A stretch of DNA of 64,000 nucleotides from Bdellovibrio sp. (GTDB lineage: Bacteria; Bdellovibrionota; Bdellovibrionia; Bdellovibrionales; Bdellovibrionaceae): positions 512,001 through 576,000 of the forward strand of contig JAKFCY010000003.1 of assembly GCA_036676395.1 (NCBI GenBank), written 5' to 3'. The translations under genes and the position numbers were made by a program. This document shows, piece by piece, positions 30,600 to 39,891 of this stretch (positions within the stretch are counted from its first letter, which is position 1; every line of letters starts with the position of its first letter). Under the pieces are notes generated by a model that was not told where the DNA came from, made no database searches, and saw only the letters and a list, made by a program, of their open reading frames with translations.

Positions 30600-31166
30600 A
30601 TGGTAAAAAAAATAATTTCATTCTTATTCTGCACTGTTTTAGTCTCAATAGCTTCAGCCAAATCCGTAGTTGCAGAACTTGGATTATTTTATTTCACTGA
30701 TGATTTATCTTCGACAAGCAGTTTATCTACTTCACGCACAATCTATGATGTTTCAGTATTGATGACCTCTGAAGGCCGCAGACTTTTAGGTATCGGCTGG
30801 AATTACGTGGGTGTTTCTTCAGAAGAAAGTGCTGCGACAACGACTTCATATTCTTCAACCGAGACTGGCCCAAAATTCACCTACATGTTTGGTCGTGAAC
30901 AAGATTGGTATGTGGGTTTAGCTTATAACTTACTGGCGAAAGCTCAATTTTCAGATGCTAACGGCGAAGCCGAATGGCGCGGAACTTCACTTAAGGGTGA
31001 ATTCGGATTTATACCTAAGATCAATAATCGTATAAATGCCGGGGTAAAGCTTGTTTACCACCAAGCTAGTTATAACGAGCAAATCACGAACACGACGACT
31101 TTGACTCAGACGACCAATACAAAAACCATGATTTATCCAACATTTTCGCTGGTTTTTAAGTTTTAA
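30600..31166 (+). CDS. Small outer-membrane beta-barrel protein
   Basis: Signal peptide, amphipathic strands, C-terminal Phe. Confidence 0.7.
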   Translation: MVKKIISFLFCTVLVSIASAKSVVAELGLFYFTDDLSSTSSLSTSRTIYDVSVLMTSEGRRLLGIGWNYVGVSSEESAATTTSYSSTETGPKFTYMFGREQDWYVGLAYNLLAKAQFSDANGEAEWRGTSLKGEFGFIPKINNRINAGVKLVYHQASYNEQITNTTTLTQTTNTKTMIYPTFSLVFKF

Positions 31167-31288
31167 AAACGCCTTTAACGGCTACTCAGCTGTAAAATCT
31201 TCAATAGCAGTTTCTTAAAGGCTTTACGGTTTGCCTCTGGGCGCAGACTCCCTTATTTTTTGGGTTCGTTTTACTCGGGGGAGTTACT

Positions 31289-31963
31289 ATGATTAAGGCC
31301 TTTATTTTGACTTTCATTTTTGCGTTAAGCACCCAAGCCCAAGTGTGGGATCCTGCAGTTGATACCTTAACTATACCGACAGATTTTTCAGCGCGTGAAT
31401 TTAACGAATCTGATTTTCAAAACTACCCGTGGTTAAAAGAATTTAAATTAGTTGTTGTGATTAATAAAGCCAACTCTGGTAACGACCGCCAAACATTACG
31501 TGTTTTTGAAAATCAAAAAATAATTATGCTTACAAAAATTTCTTCAGGCCGCGAAGAGTACGAAAAAGGCTGCAACCCTGGTCAAGATCCGAAAAAAGAT
31601 CACTGTTCAAAACGCGCTTACTGGTCAACAACCCCAGTAGGGTATTTTGACGTTGATACATTAGACGAAAATTATTTTTCTAACCTATGGCAAACTTGGA
31701 TGCCGTATGCGGTATTTTTTGAATCAGGTATAGCGACTCACCAAGCCCCGGCGGGTACCGAAGGTAAATTAGGCGGTCGTGCTTCTGGCGGTTGCGTAAG
31801 AATGCATCCAAATATGGCGCCGGTGTTATTTAGTTATGTGCAAAAGGCTGGCAAAGGTTTAGTTCCGAAAGTAAATCGCGATGGCTCGGTGGCTAAAACT
31901 AAACAAGGTGACACAGTTCGCTGGCAAGGTTACAGAACTTTGGTTATTGTACAGAATAAATAA
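31289..31963 (+). CDS. L,D-transpeptidase (YkuD family)
   Basis: MPYAVFF, IATH...ASGGCVRM catalytic His/Cys; signal peptide. Confidence 0.9.
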   Translation: MIKAFILTFIFALSTQAQVWDPAVDTLTIPTDFSAREFNESDFQNYPWLKEFKLVVVINKANSGNDRQTLRVFENQKIIMLTKISSGREEYEKGCNPGQDPKKDHCSKRAYWSTTPVGYFDVDTLDENYFSNLWQTWMPYAVFFESGIATHQAPAGTEGKLGGRASGGCVRMHPNMAPVLFSYVQKAGKGLVPKVNRDGSVAKTKQGDTVRWQGYRTLVIVQNK

Positions 31964-31980
31964 TTTTAGAGGATTGGCCG

Positions 31981-32670
31981 TTGAACTTACAAGAACACTT
32001 AAAAACTAAAGAGCAAGATCGCAATTTTAACTGGGACGAAAAATTTTTTAAGTTGTTCAGTGAAGTCGAAATCGGTTTGGTGTCTAACGATCCACAACAA
32101 GGCCCAGATGGTTGGCCGTATTTAATTTGCCAAACATTAACCCCAAATAATCAAAGCCAGTTCGATGGCGATCGTATTGAACATTCGCAAAAAATCATGA
32201 AATGGTGTTCAACTAAAGGCATTGGTTTAGTGGTAAACCCACAACGTGAACCTTACCCTGATTACGTTTTTTCTTACGGCATGATTTGGTCATTTATTGA
32301 AACTGGATATTTCATGCGTCCTGATTTGGCGCAAGCTTCAGGAAAAGTAGAATACCGCAACGATAAGATCTTCAGCGGTGAGCCGACAGAGCAGTATCTT
32401 CCGTTATATGTACGTAAAGTTTTAAAAGATTTTTTTAATGACCAGACGGTTTTTAATCCGAAAATTTTAATGATTTCTCCGGATGAAAAAAATTATGACT
32501 TAGCGTTCTCGCTTGAATCTCTTGGCAACCCACCAGAAAATGAACACGCGGGCATTGCCGAAGCGATTTCATGGTTCTTACCACCGCATTACTCGGTGGT
32601 GCTGGTCAGTGAACAAGGTCTGCCAAAGTTTACTGAGCTATTAGGTAGCCCAGCTAAACTTATGAATTAG
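31981..32670 (+). CDS. Hypothetical protein
   Basis: 229-aa ORF, GAGGA RBS before TTG; GPDGWPY and WFLPPHY motifs. Confidence 0.7.
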   Translation: MNLQEHLKTKEQDRNFNWDEKFFKLFSEVEIGLVSNDPQQGPDGWPYLICQTLTPNNQSQFDGDRIEHSQKIMKWCSTKGIGLVVNPQREPYPDYVFSYGMIWSFIETGYFMRPDLAQASGKVEYRNDKIFSGEPTEQYLPLYVRKVLKDFFNDQTVFNPKILMISPDEKNYDLAFSLESLGNPPENEHAGIAEAISWFLPPHYSVVLVSEQGLPKFTELLGSPAKLMN

Positions 32671-33082
32671 GTAATAAATCAATTAAACATTCGCGCCAGT
32701 ATTCAGGAGCATCAGTACTGTAATCTACAGCGACCTGAAATCCTTTTTTACCTAAGAACTTAGTGCGGGCGACTGTTCCTGAAATTTCAAGATCCATTTC
32801 ATGAATCGTGAAATACACCTTATGGCCTACTAAAGAATCTAAATTTAAATTTGCGCGTAATTCTTTTTTAATAAAGTCTTCACGCTTAAAATTAATTAGA
32901 ATCCCTGAAGCAGAGGCTTCAATAATTTCGCCGTATTTTGCAATCTTTTCTAAACTTTCCAGCGAAGAAAAAGAATCCAGTGTTAATGGAGTAATTTCTT
33001 TGCGGGGAGCCTGTCTGATTTTTCTTTGTGTTGCACCCATAATTTTTGTCTGCTCAGCCTTAGGTTGAACATCCTTTCGCAT
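32660..33082 (-). CDS. PilZ-domain protein
   Basis: RQAPR (RxxxR) and EASASG (D/NxSxxG-like). Confidence 0.7.
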   Translation of the reverse strand: MRKDVQPKAEQTKIMGATQRKIRQAPRKEITPLTLDSFSSLESLEKIAKYGEIIEASASGILINFKREDFIKKELRANLNLDSLVGHKVYFTIHEMDLEISGTVARTKFLGKKGFQVAVDYSTDAPEYWRECLIDLLPNS

Positions 33083-33089
33083 AACTAAC

Positions 33090-33117
33090 TCATCGGGGGA
33101 TACTAGACCAAGGTTGA
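33090..33117 (-). promoter_or_regulatory. Sigma28-type promoter of the PilZ gene
   Basis: TCAA-N16-CCCGATGA, 7 nt before ATG 33082. Confidence 0.55.
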
Positions 33118-33150
33118 GGGACGGCTGATTGAATTATTTTTAAAGGTCTA

Positions 33151-33729
33151 TTAGAAAAAAAAGATTGTCCAATTGTGATCCAAAATGCGCTGTGTATAGC
33201 CCACATTGTGTTTCAACTTGATACCATTTGGTGCTTTCGCATGGAATTTGAAAGTATCTGCAAAGGTGCAGGGTTGCCATTCACCAACAACGGCTTGTGA
33301 CATCACTTCTAGTGATAAGGCTTTGAAGACTGCTTCTTTAGCAGTCCACAGATAATCTGTGCCCGGAGCTTCTTGCATTTCGATTGCAGAAGATACGCGT
33401 TGAATAGTTTTAGTTAAAACTCGTTCGCTGCGTTCGATATCCATTCCGATAATTTGATCAGACTGAACATAGCCCCCAATTTTATCTGAATGTGAAATTG
33501 AAAAATTCCAATCAGCCGTTTTCGGGCGCTGATTTAAATCTAAAAGTAATTCGTTTTCTTTTGCCGTTAAAACATTACTTTCAACAATGCCCATACGAAT
33601 ATTTAATCTAAAGTTAGGATTTTTTGAACTGAACTCTTCTAAAATTAAACCCGAAGCCATAAGGCCGCTGTCGCGTTCAACAAACGCCGCAAACTGATTA
33701 AATAAGTCAGTGAACGACGGATTAGCCAT
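33151..33729 (-). CDS. 4'-phosphopantetheinyl transferase family protein
   Basis: FSISHS, IGMDIE, WTAKEAVFKA. Confidence 0.85.
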   Translation of the reverse strand: MANPSFTDLFNQFAAFVERDSGLMASGLILEEFSSKNPNFRLNIRMGIVESNVLTAKENELLLDLNQRPKTADWNFSISHSDKIGGYVQSDQIIGMDIERSERVLTKTIQRVSSAIEMQEAPGTDYLWTAKEAVFKALSLEVMSQAVVGEWQPCTFADTFKFHAKAPNGIKLKHNVGYTQRILDHNWTIFFF

Positions 33730-34693
33730 TAAACTTTGCCGGCCATTCTACGGGTTGTTGGCTTGTGATCTTCATCATACGATCAAGTGATGCGTAAGCT
33801 TTTAAACGCAGATTTTCATCAAGCTTAACTTCAGGTTTAAAATGCGTCAGGGCATGATGAATTTTTTGTAGATTATTTAATTTCATAAACGGGCAGTCAT
33901 TGCACATGCAGTTTTCATCAACCACCGGGGCTTGAATTAATTCAGCATCCGGACGCAGTTTTTTCATTTGATGAAAAATTCCGGTTTCAGTGGCTACGAT
34001 AAATTTATTAAATGATTTATTCTTTTCAACTTCTTCTAATAAACGTGAAGTCGAACCAATAACGGTTGCATATTTTAAAATCTCATCATCACATTCAGGA
34101 TGCGCGATCACTTGGGCATCAGGGTGTTCTTGAATAAGTTTTTTTAAGCGTTCGGCATTAAATAAAATATGCACCTGACAAGCTCCAGGCCATAAAATGA
34201 ATTCGCGATTTAATTGTTTTGATAACCATTTACCTAAATGCTGATCCGGCCCAAATAGAATGCGGCGATCTTTAGGAATTGATTCAACGATTTGTTTGGC
34301 GTTGCTTGAAGTAATAATCACATCAGAAATTGATTTCACTTCAGCTGAAGAATTAATGTATGTTACACAAATCGCATCCGGGTACTGGTGGCGCCATGCT
34401 AAGTATTTATCATAAGGCGCACCTTCGACTAACGAACAGCCTGCATTCAGGTCAGGAACAAGAACAGTTTTTTCAGGATTAAGAATTTTCACACTTTCAG
34501 CCATAAAAACAACGCCGGCTAAAAGAATATTTTTATTGGGAACAGTTTGGCCCATTTTAGAAAGATAAAAACTATCACCCACATAATCAGCGATATCTTG
34601 AATCACACCATCTTCATAATAGTGCGCAAGTAGAGCTACATCTTTTTCTTTTTTAAGCTTTTGAATTTCAACGATCAATTGGGCATCGTTCAT
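33722..34693 (-). CDS. nadA: Quinolinate synthase
   Basis: LAHYY, GDSF, GVVFMAE, YINSSA, AHPEC, CPFMK. Confidence 0.96.
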   Translation of the reverse strand: MNDAQLIVEIQKLKKEKDVALLAHYYEDGVIQDIADYVGDSFYLSKMGQTVPNKNILLAGVVFMAESVKILNPEKTVLVPDLNAGCSLVEGAPYDKYLAWRHQYPDAICVTYINSSAEVKSISDVIITSSNAKQIVESIPKDRRILFGPDQHLGKWLSKQLNREFILWPGACQVHILFNAERLKKLIQEHPDAQVIAHPECDDEILKYATVIGSTSRLLEEVEKNKSFNKFIVATETGIFHQMKKLRPDAELIQAPVVDENCMCNDCPFMKLNNLQKIHHALTHFKPEVKLDENLRLKAYASLDRMMKITSQQPVEWPAKFNG

Positions 34694-34707
34694 GTGGCTC
34701 CCGCAAC

Positions 34708-35301
34708 CTAAACTGTCGATCCACCCTTAAGAGTCTGGATAATCGATTTAGACATCATTTTGAAGCTCTCAAGTACACCTTTGCCTTCGAAGGCACAAGC
34801 TTCAATTTCCTGAGCGTTAAAACGATTTAAATGTTTGCGCAATTCGCTGATGGGTAACGCTGTAGGAAGATCACGTTTATTATACTGTAAAATTAAAGGA
34901 ATATCTTTGATGTCATAACCCTGTTGGATCAAGTTTTTCTCTAAATTATCAAGCGCTTGAAGATTTTCATCTAAACGATCAGCTTGTGAATCAGCCACGA
35001 AAATAATGCCATCAATGCCTTGAAGGATCAGCTTACGAGTCGCATCGTAAACAATCTGGCCTGGAACGCTGTAAACATGAAAACGTGTTTTAAAGCCACG
35101 AATTTCGCCGATATCCAGCGGTAAAAAATCAAATAACAAAGTACGTTCAATTTCAGTGTTTAAAGCCATCAGCTTTGATTTCTGATCTTGCGCTAAAGAT
35201 TGGTACATCCATTGGATGTTTGTCGTTTTACCGCCCAGTGATGGCCCGTAATAAACGATCTTGCAGTGAATTTCTTTAGCATTGTAATTAAATAAAGACA
35301 T
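34708..35301 (-). CDS. mglA: MglA Ras-like GTPase
   Basis: KIVYYGPSLGGKTTN, VPGQ, FVADSQ, QYNKRDLP. Confidence 0.95.
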   Translation of the reverse strand: MSLFNYNAKEIHCKIVYYGPSLGGKTTNIQWMYQSLAQDQKSKLMALNTEIERTLLFDFLPLDIGEIRGFKTRFHVYSVPGQIVYDATRKLILQGIDGIIFVADSQADRLDENLQALDNLEKNLIQQGYDIKDIPLILQYNKRDLPTALPISELRKHLNRFNAQEIEACAFEGKGVLESFKMMSKSIIQTLKGGSTV

Positions 35302-35916
35302 TTAGAGTTCAATCCTGTTCTCTAAGGCGCGACCCATAGTGCGATCGTCGATAAAATCAATATCTGAACCAATCGGAATTCCGTGTGCAATGCGTGAAAG
35401 CTTAATGCCTTTACCTTGAAATGTTTTAGCTAAGTATAAAGCTGTGGTGTCGCCTTCAAGATCTGCATCAAGAGCAAGAATAACTTCTTTAATAACTGGG
35501 CCATCGCCATCAACCCCTTTTTGGATTTTGGCCATGAGCTCTTTAATTTTTAAATCTTTTGCTGTGATTCCTTCTAACGGAGATATAACCCCGTGAAGCA
35601 CATGATAGCGGCCGCGAAAAGCGCCCGAAGATTCAATACGAAAAATATCTGAAGGTTCTTCAACCAAACAAATTGAATCATTGCCGCGATGTGGGTCTTC
35701 ACAAAATTTGCAAAGTTCACGATCGGTGTAGTTGTAACACTCAGGGCACGAATGCACTTCGGTTTGCACACGAAGCAAAGCTTCAGATAATTTTTCAGGA
35801 AACGAGTCTTTAGATTTTAAAATATAGAACGCCAGACGTTGAGCGGTTTTGGGCCCAATGCCTGGTAAGCGTGAAAGCTCGTGAACTAATTTTTCTAAAG
35901 AAGCGATATGTAACAT
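35302..35916 (-). CDS. recR: Recombination protein RecR
   Basis: LPGIGPKTAQRL, C4 Zn finger, YHVLHG, EGDTTA. Confidence 0.97.
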   Translation of the reverse strand: MLHIASLEKLVHELSRLPGIGPKTAQRLAFYILKSKDSFPEKLSEALLRVQTEVHSCPECYNYTDRELCKFCEDPHRGNDSICLVEEPSDIFRIESSGAFRGRYHVLHGVISPLEGITAKDLKIKELMAKIQKGVDGDGPVIKEVILALDADLEGDTTALYLAKTFQGKGIKLSRIAHGIPIGSDIDFIDDRTMGRALENRIEL

Positions 35917-35919
35917 CGA

Positions 35920-36258
35920 TTAGAACATTCCTGGAATATTCATGCCGCCAGTAATTTTAGACATCTCTTTTGCAGATTCATCTTTGGCAGTTTTTAAAGC
36001 ATCATTAACAGCAGCAGTTACCAGATCTTGTAACATTTCTGTGTCGCCAGCTTTCATAACTTCAGGATTAATTGTTAACGCTAAAACTTTATTTTCGCCG
36101 TTAACTTTAGCTGTTACTGCGCCACCACCAGCTGTGCCAGTGTATTCACGAGTTGCTAGTTCTTCTTGAAGCTTTTTCATTTTCATTTGCATTTGGTTAG
36201 CTTGTTTCATTAAACCAGCCATACCGTTCATTCCGCCGCCGCCGCCGAAACCTTTCAT
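35920..36258 (-). CDS. ybaB: YbaB/EbfC nucleoid-associated protein
   Basis: AGGGAV, LQDLVTAAVNDA; position between dnaX and recR. Confidence 0.95.
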   Translation of the reverse strand: MKGFGGGGGMNGMAGLMKQANQMQMKMKKLQEELATREYTGTAGGGAVTAKVNGENKVLALTINPEVMKAGDTEMLQDLVTAAVNDALKTAKDESAKEMSKITGGMNIPGMF

Positions 36259-36261
36259 ACG

Positions 36262-37878
36262 TTACTCCTTGTTCGAAATAATCTTTGCCTGAGCTTTGAA
36301 GACTCGTTGTGCAGCTTGCACACGCGGATCTTGCATAATCTCAGTCGTTAATTTGTCTTCAGATTCTTTTTCAATTTTTTGATTCATGCTTTTGCTAGAA
36401 TCCCCTGAAGCGACTTTTGCTTTAACAACTGTAAAAGTGTAGCCCTCTCCAAAGAACGAATCAATAAAACCTTGTAATTTTTGATGGGTTTCCCCTTGGC
36501 TCAGCTGCTCGGCTAAAAACGAAAATTGGGCAGCAGCTTCCAGGGTGAAATGCTTCTCATTTAGGCCAGCAAAAACGATGTTATCAAGTTTTGCGGCTAA
36601 GAATGCATTTTCTTGTTTAAGGTGAGATACAAATTTCATCCAGCTCTCTGCATTTAGAGAGGGTTTGGCCACCACTTTCACCGGTTCTGGTTTAGGCGGC
36701 GTTGGAGCGGAAGCGGACTCTGATTTAGGGAGTCCCTGAAACTTTGGGATAGTTGGAGCACCCGAGAGTAAGTTTTGAATATCAGCAATGCGGGGTGCTT
36801 GTGCTATGCGAAGTAAACAAACTTCAAAAACCATAAATGGATCAGTGGCGCGCACCAAATCAGATAATGATTTTAACGCCATATCAAAAAGCAGGTGTAA
36901 ATCTGAATCTGATTGGGTCTTTGCAAATTCACGTAAGCTTTGAACTTCTTCAGCCGGTAAATCGATTAAAATTTCACTGTCTGGAGCCGTTTTTAAAACA
37001 ATCGTATGTCGCAATAATTGAATCAACTCTTCAAAAAATAATGAAGGGCTTGTTCCCATCGTGTGAGCTTTTTCAAGATCAGCAACAACGGCTTTGGGAT
37101 TGCGCTCTAGTAAGTGCGCATAGATATCATAAATTAAGCCACGATCAGTTAAACCTAAAACACCAGCGACGTTTTGTTCAGTTAGCTGACCAGTCGTGAA
37201 ATTTACGACTTGGTCTAATAAACTTAAGCTATCACGGGCAGAACCATCACCTTGGCGGGCGATCAACCATAACGCTTTATCTTCGGCTTCGATTTTTTCT
37301 AAATCACAGATCTTACGCAGTAAGCCGGCCATTTGTTTAAAAGGAATACGGCGTAAATCAAAACGTTGGCAACGCGATAAAATCGTTTGCGGAATTTTAT
37401 GAACCTCGGTTGTGGCCATCATAAAAATCACATGCGCTGGTGGTTCTTCTAATGTTTTTAGTAAAGCATTAAAAGCCGAAGTCGATAACATGTGAACTTC
37501 ATCAATAATAAAAATTTTGTATTTGCCAGAAGTCGGCATAAACATCACGTTGTCGCGTAAATCACGAATTGCATCGACACCGTTGTTCGAAGCTCCATCG
37601 ATTTCAATAATATCAACAGCGCGCCCACTGCTAGCTTCAACACATGAAGCGCAAACATTGCACGGAGAAAAATTAACTGGGTTTTCGCAACGAAGAGTTT
37701 TCGCTAAAATTCTGGCTGAAGTGGTTTTTCCGGTTCCACGTAAGCCTGTAAATAAAATTGCATGCGGAACACGGCCAGCTTTTAAAGCGTTAATCAGTGT
37801 TTGCGAAATATGACTTTGTCCAACCAGTTGGTCGAACGATTGCGGTCGATATTTACGGGCAAAAACTTGATACGACAA
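36262..37878 (-). CDS. dnaX: DNA polymerase III subunit gamma/tau
   Basis: ARKYRPQSF, GTGKTT, EIDGAS, IIDEVHML, SRC. Confidence 0.97.
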   Translation of the reverse strand: MSYQVFARKYRPQSFDQLVGQSHISQTLINALKAGRVPHAILFTGLRGTGKTTSARILAKTLRCENPVNFSPCNVCASCVEASSGRAVDIIEIDGASNNGVDAIRDLRDNVMFMPTSGKYKIFIIDEVHMLSTSAFNALLKTLEEPPAHVIFMMATTEVHKIPQTILSRCQRFDLRRIPFKQMAGLLRKICDLEKIEAEDKALWLIARQGDGSARDSLSLLDQVVNFTTGQLTEQNVAGVLGLTDRGLIYDIYAHLLERNPKAVVADLEKAHTMGTSPSLFFEELIQLLRHTIVLKTAPDSEILIDLPAEEVQSLREFAKTQSDSDLHLLFDMALKSLSDLVRATDPFMVFEVCLLRIAQAPRIADIQNLLSGAPTIPKFQGLPKSESASAPTPPKPEPVKVVAKPSLNAESWMKFVSHLKQENAFLAAKLDNIVFAGLNEKHFTLEAAAQFSFLAEQLSQGETHQKLQGFIDSFFGEGYTFTVVKAKVASGDSSKSMNQKIEKESEDKLTTEIMQDPRVQAAQRVFKAQAKIISNKE

Positions 37879-37927
37879 CTGATCCCCTCGAGATACAAAC
37901 TTAGCCTTCGGCTAAATAAAATAAAAA

Positions 37928-38024
37928 GAGCTGGGCACCCCATATCGCATAGCTCTTTAGACACCGTTGCTTCCTTCCGGACCTAGCGGAATTCACTAAA
38001 GAGTCTATCGTATGGGACCCAGCC
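37928..38024 (-). ncRNA. ffs: Small SRP RNA (4.5S)
   Basis: AGGTCCGGAAGGAAGCA domain IV within a long hairpin closed by GCTGGG/CCCAGC; upstream of dnaX; ends approximate. Confidence 0.92.
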
Positions 38025-38174
38025 ACTATTGGGTGTAGCTGAAATAGGGGGGCCAATCAGTGATTAACACTCAGGGTCAGAGTAGATTGTTACATTGTCG
38101 ACTTTGTCGTCAGCTTTTTGGGCTCAAAATCGTTTATTTCACTCTGAATTTGGCTGGATTTTGGCAAATACGGC

Positions 38175-39692
38175 TTGGCGAGGACGTACACGGTGATAGC
38201 AAAATCAAAATTAGCTTATTTATTAGCCCTATTATTGGGCTTCTCAGTCGCAGCTGAAGCCTCAGCCGGCCGCGCCAAAACAGTTTGTACGATGACTTTT
38301 AATTCTGAGAACGAACGCACGGTTTTTACGAAGAACTTGGCTCCGTTAGGTTACGACATCGTTGAATTAACTCCTGAAAGTAAAGATCCGAGCTGGTTTT
38401 CTCGCGCCTGTAATTCGCAAATTAAATGCGACATCGTTTTGATGTCAGGGCACTTTGGTGGATTATTTTTTGGTGAAGGCGGAAAAGCTTCAACACTTTC
38501 AGTTGCAGATTTAGTGGCAACACGTGAAGCGCGCACCTGCGGAAATATATTAGATGCACAAGCCGTTTACTTAATGGGTTGTAATACTTTAGCTTCAAAA
38601 ATTAAAGATCACCGAACAATTGATCAATATTTACGAGTGTTAATTAACGATGGTTTTCCGCTGAATATGGCAGAAAGTGTGGCGTCAGCCCGCTATTTAA
38701 ATTTCGGTCAGAGCATGGGCGAAATCATGACTCAAATTTTTTCAAATTCAAAAATGATTGCAGGTTTTGATTCAACAGGCCCTCTTGGCGCGCAAGCGGC
38801 GCCGCTATTACAAAAAGCTTTTGCCCATTCTACGCCAGAAGAAAAAATGTCGACAGGTATCGGGCAAAAAGCTTTAAAAGCTCAGTTTACAAAACACAAT
38901 ATGCGCGTGATTAATCCGACACAAATTGCTGTCGATGAAAATTTAAAGGCCGCTCTCACTTCTGATCCGATCGGGGCAACCAAGGCCTGGAAAAATATTT
39001 TAGCATCGCAGTCTTCGATCAGAAAATACTGGGATTTTATCACTCGCCAGCAGTTAAATAGCTCGCTAGCACAAGTGATTATAAGTGAACCGACCATTCG
39101 TGCCCGTTTAGAACTAACGTTTGTTGAAATTATTAAAACGGCTCAAGGCTTGTCTGCGATTCAGTTAAAATCATTAAACTTTTTAAAACGTTTTCAGGTG
39201 ATCCAGCCAGAATCTCACACCGCTGCGGTTCTTAAGATCGTTGCTGGTATTCTATCAAAACAAATCGATTATGTCAGTGCTGATCAATTATGTGAAATCT
39301 TTAAAGAGCAAAAAAATTTAGTGTTGCCAGAAACTTCGAAGCAGAAAATTTCTCAAAGTATCTATTCTGAATTTTTAAATAAATGCCGTGGCGAAGTTAA
39401 ACCCCTTGTCGGCACACCGGCTATGCGCTGTTTATATGGCGATGGTTCAAGACGCTCAGACTGGTCATGTTTAACAGATAACTGGATGCAATTAGATGTG
39501 CCGTCTTGCCAGTTAGCTAAATCCAGAAATAACGATCCAGAAAATTCAGACGATATGTTGTGGTTCTGTTATTCAAAAATGTTAGATATGCGCCAGCTGA
39601 ATCGCCCGGCTTGTTTAGAGCTCACCCATAGCTTTTCGATCTTAAGTAATCAGCTGAAAATGAACTGGAATTGTTTGAATAGAGTGAATTAA
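38175..39692 (+). CDS. Secreted protein with putative clan CD (caspase-fold) His/Cys dyad and Cys-rich C-terminus
   Basis: Signal peptide; IVLMSGHFGG and VYLMGCNT; start uncertain. Confidence 0.6.
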   Translation: MARTYTVIAKSKLAYLLALLLGFSVAAEASAGRAKTVCTMTFNSENERTVFTKNLAPLGYDIVELTPESKDPSWFSRACNSQIKCDIVLMSGHFGGLFFGEGGKASTLSVADLVATREARTCGNILDAQAVYLMGCNTLASKIKDHRTIDQYLRVLINDGFPLNMAESVASARYLNFGQSMGEIMTQIFSNSKMIAGFDSTGPLGAQAAPLLQKAFAHSTPEEKMSTGIGQKALKAQFTKHNMRVINPTQIAVDENLKAALTSDPIGATKAWKNILASQSSIRKYWDFITRQQLNSSLAQVIISEPTIRARLELTFVEIIKTAQGLSAIQLKSLNFLKRFQVIQPESHTAAVLKIVAGILSKQIDYVSADQLCEIFKEQKNLVLPETSKQKISQSIYSEFLNKCRGEVKPLVGTPAMRCLYGDGSRRSDWSCLTDNWMQLDVPSCQLAKSRNNDPENSDDMLWFCYSKMLDMRQLNRPACLELTHSFSILSNQLKMNWNCLNRVN

Positions 39693-39891
39693 ATCGAATA
39701 CATTCCACCATTTTTGTTTCTGCCTGTTAGGAATCTAGACAGTTTCAGTGTTTCATTTTGAGAATTTCACTGTCTGAGCTGCAGTAAAACGCATTTTTAA
39801 ATCTTAAAACGATTTTAACACGTTCTTGTCAGGTTGGACCAGATATTGAACTACTTCCTATTGTTACAAGTTTTAACTTTTAGGAGTATGT

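Noticed and set aside
37801..38257. Two short plus-strand ORFs
   Set aside because: One overlaps dnaX and the SRP RNA, the other overlaps the next gene out of frame; no coding evidence
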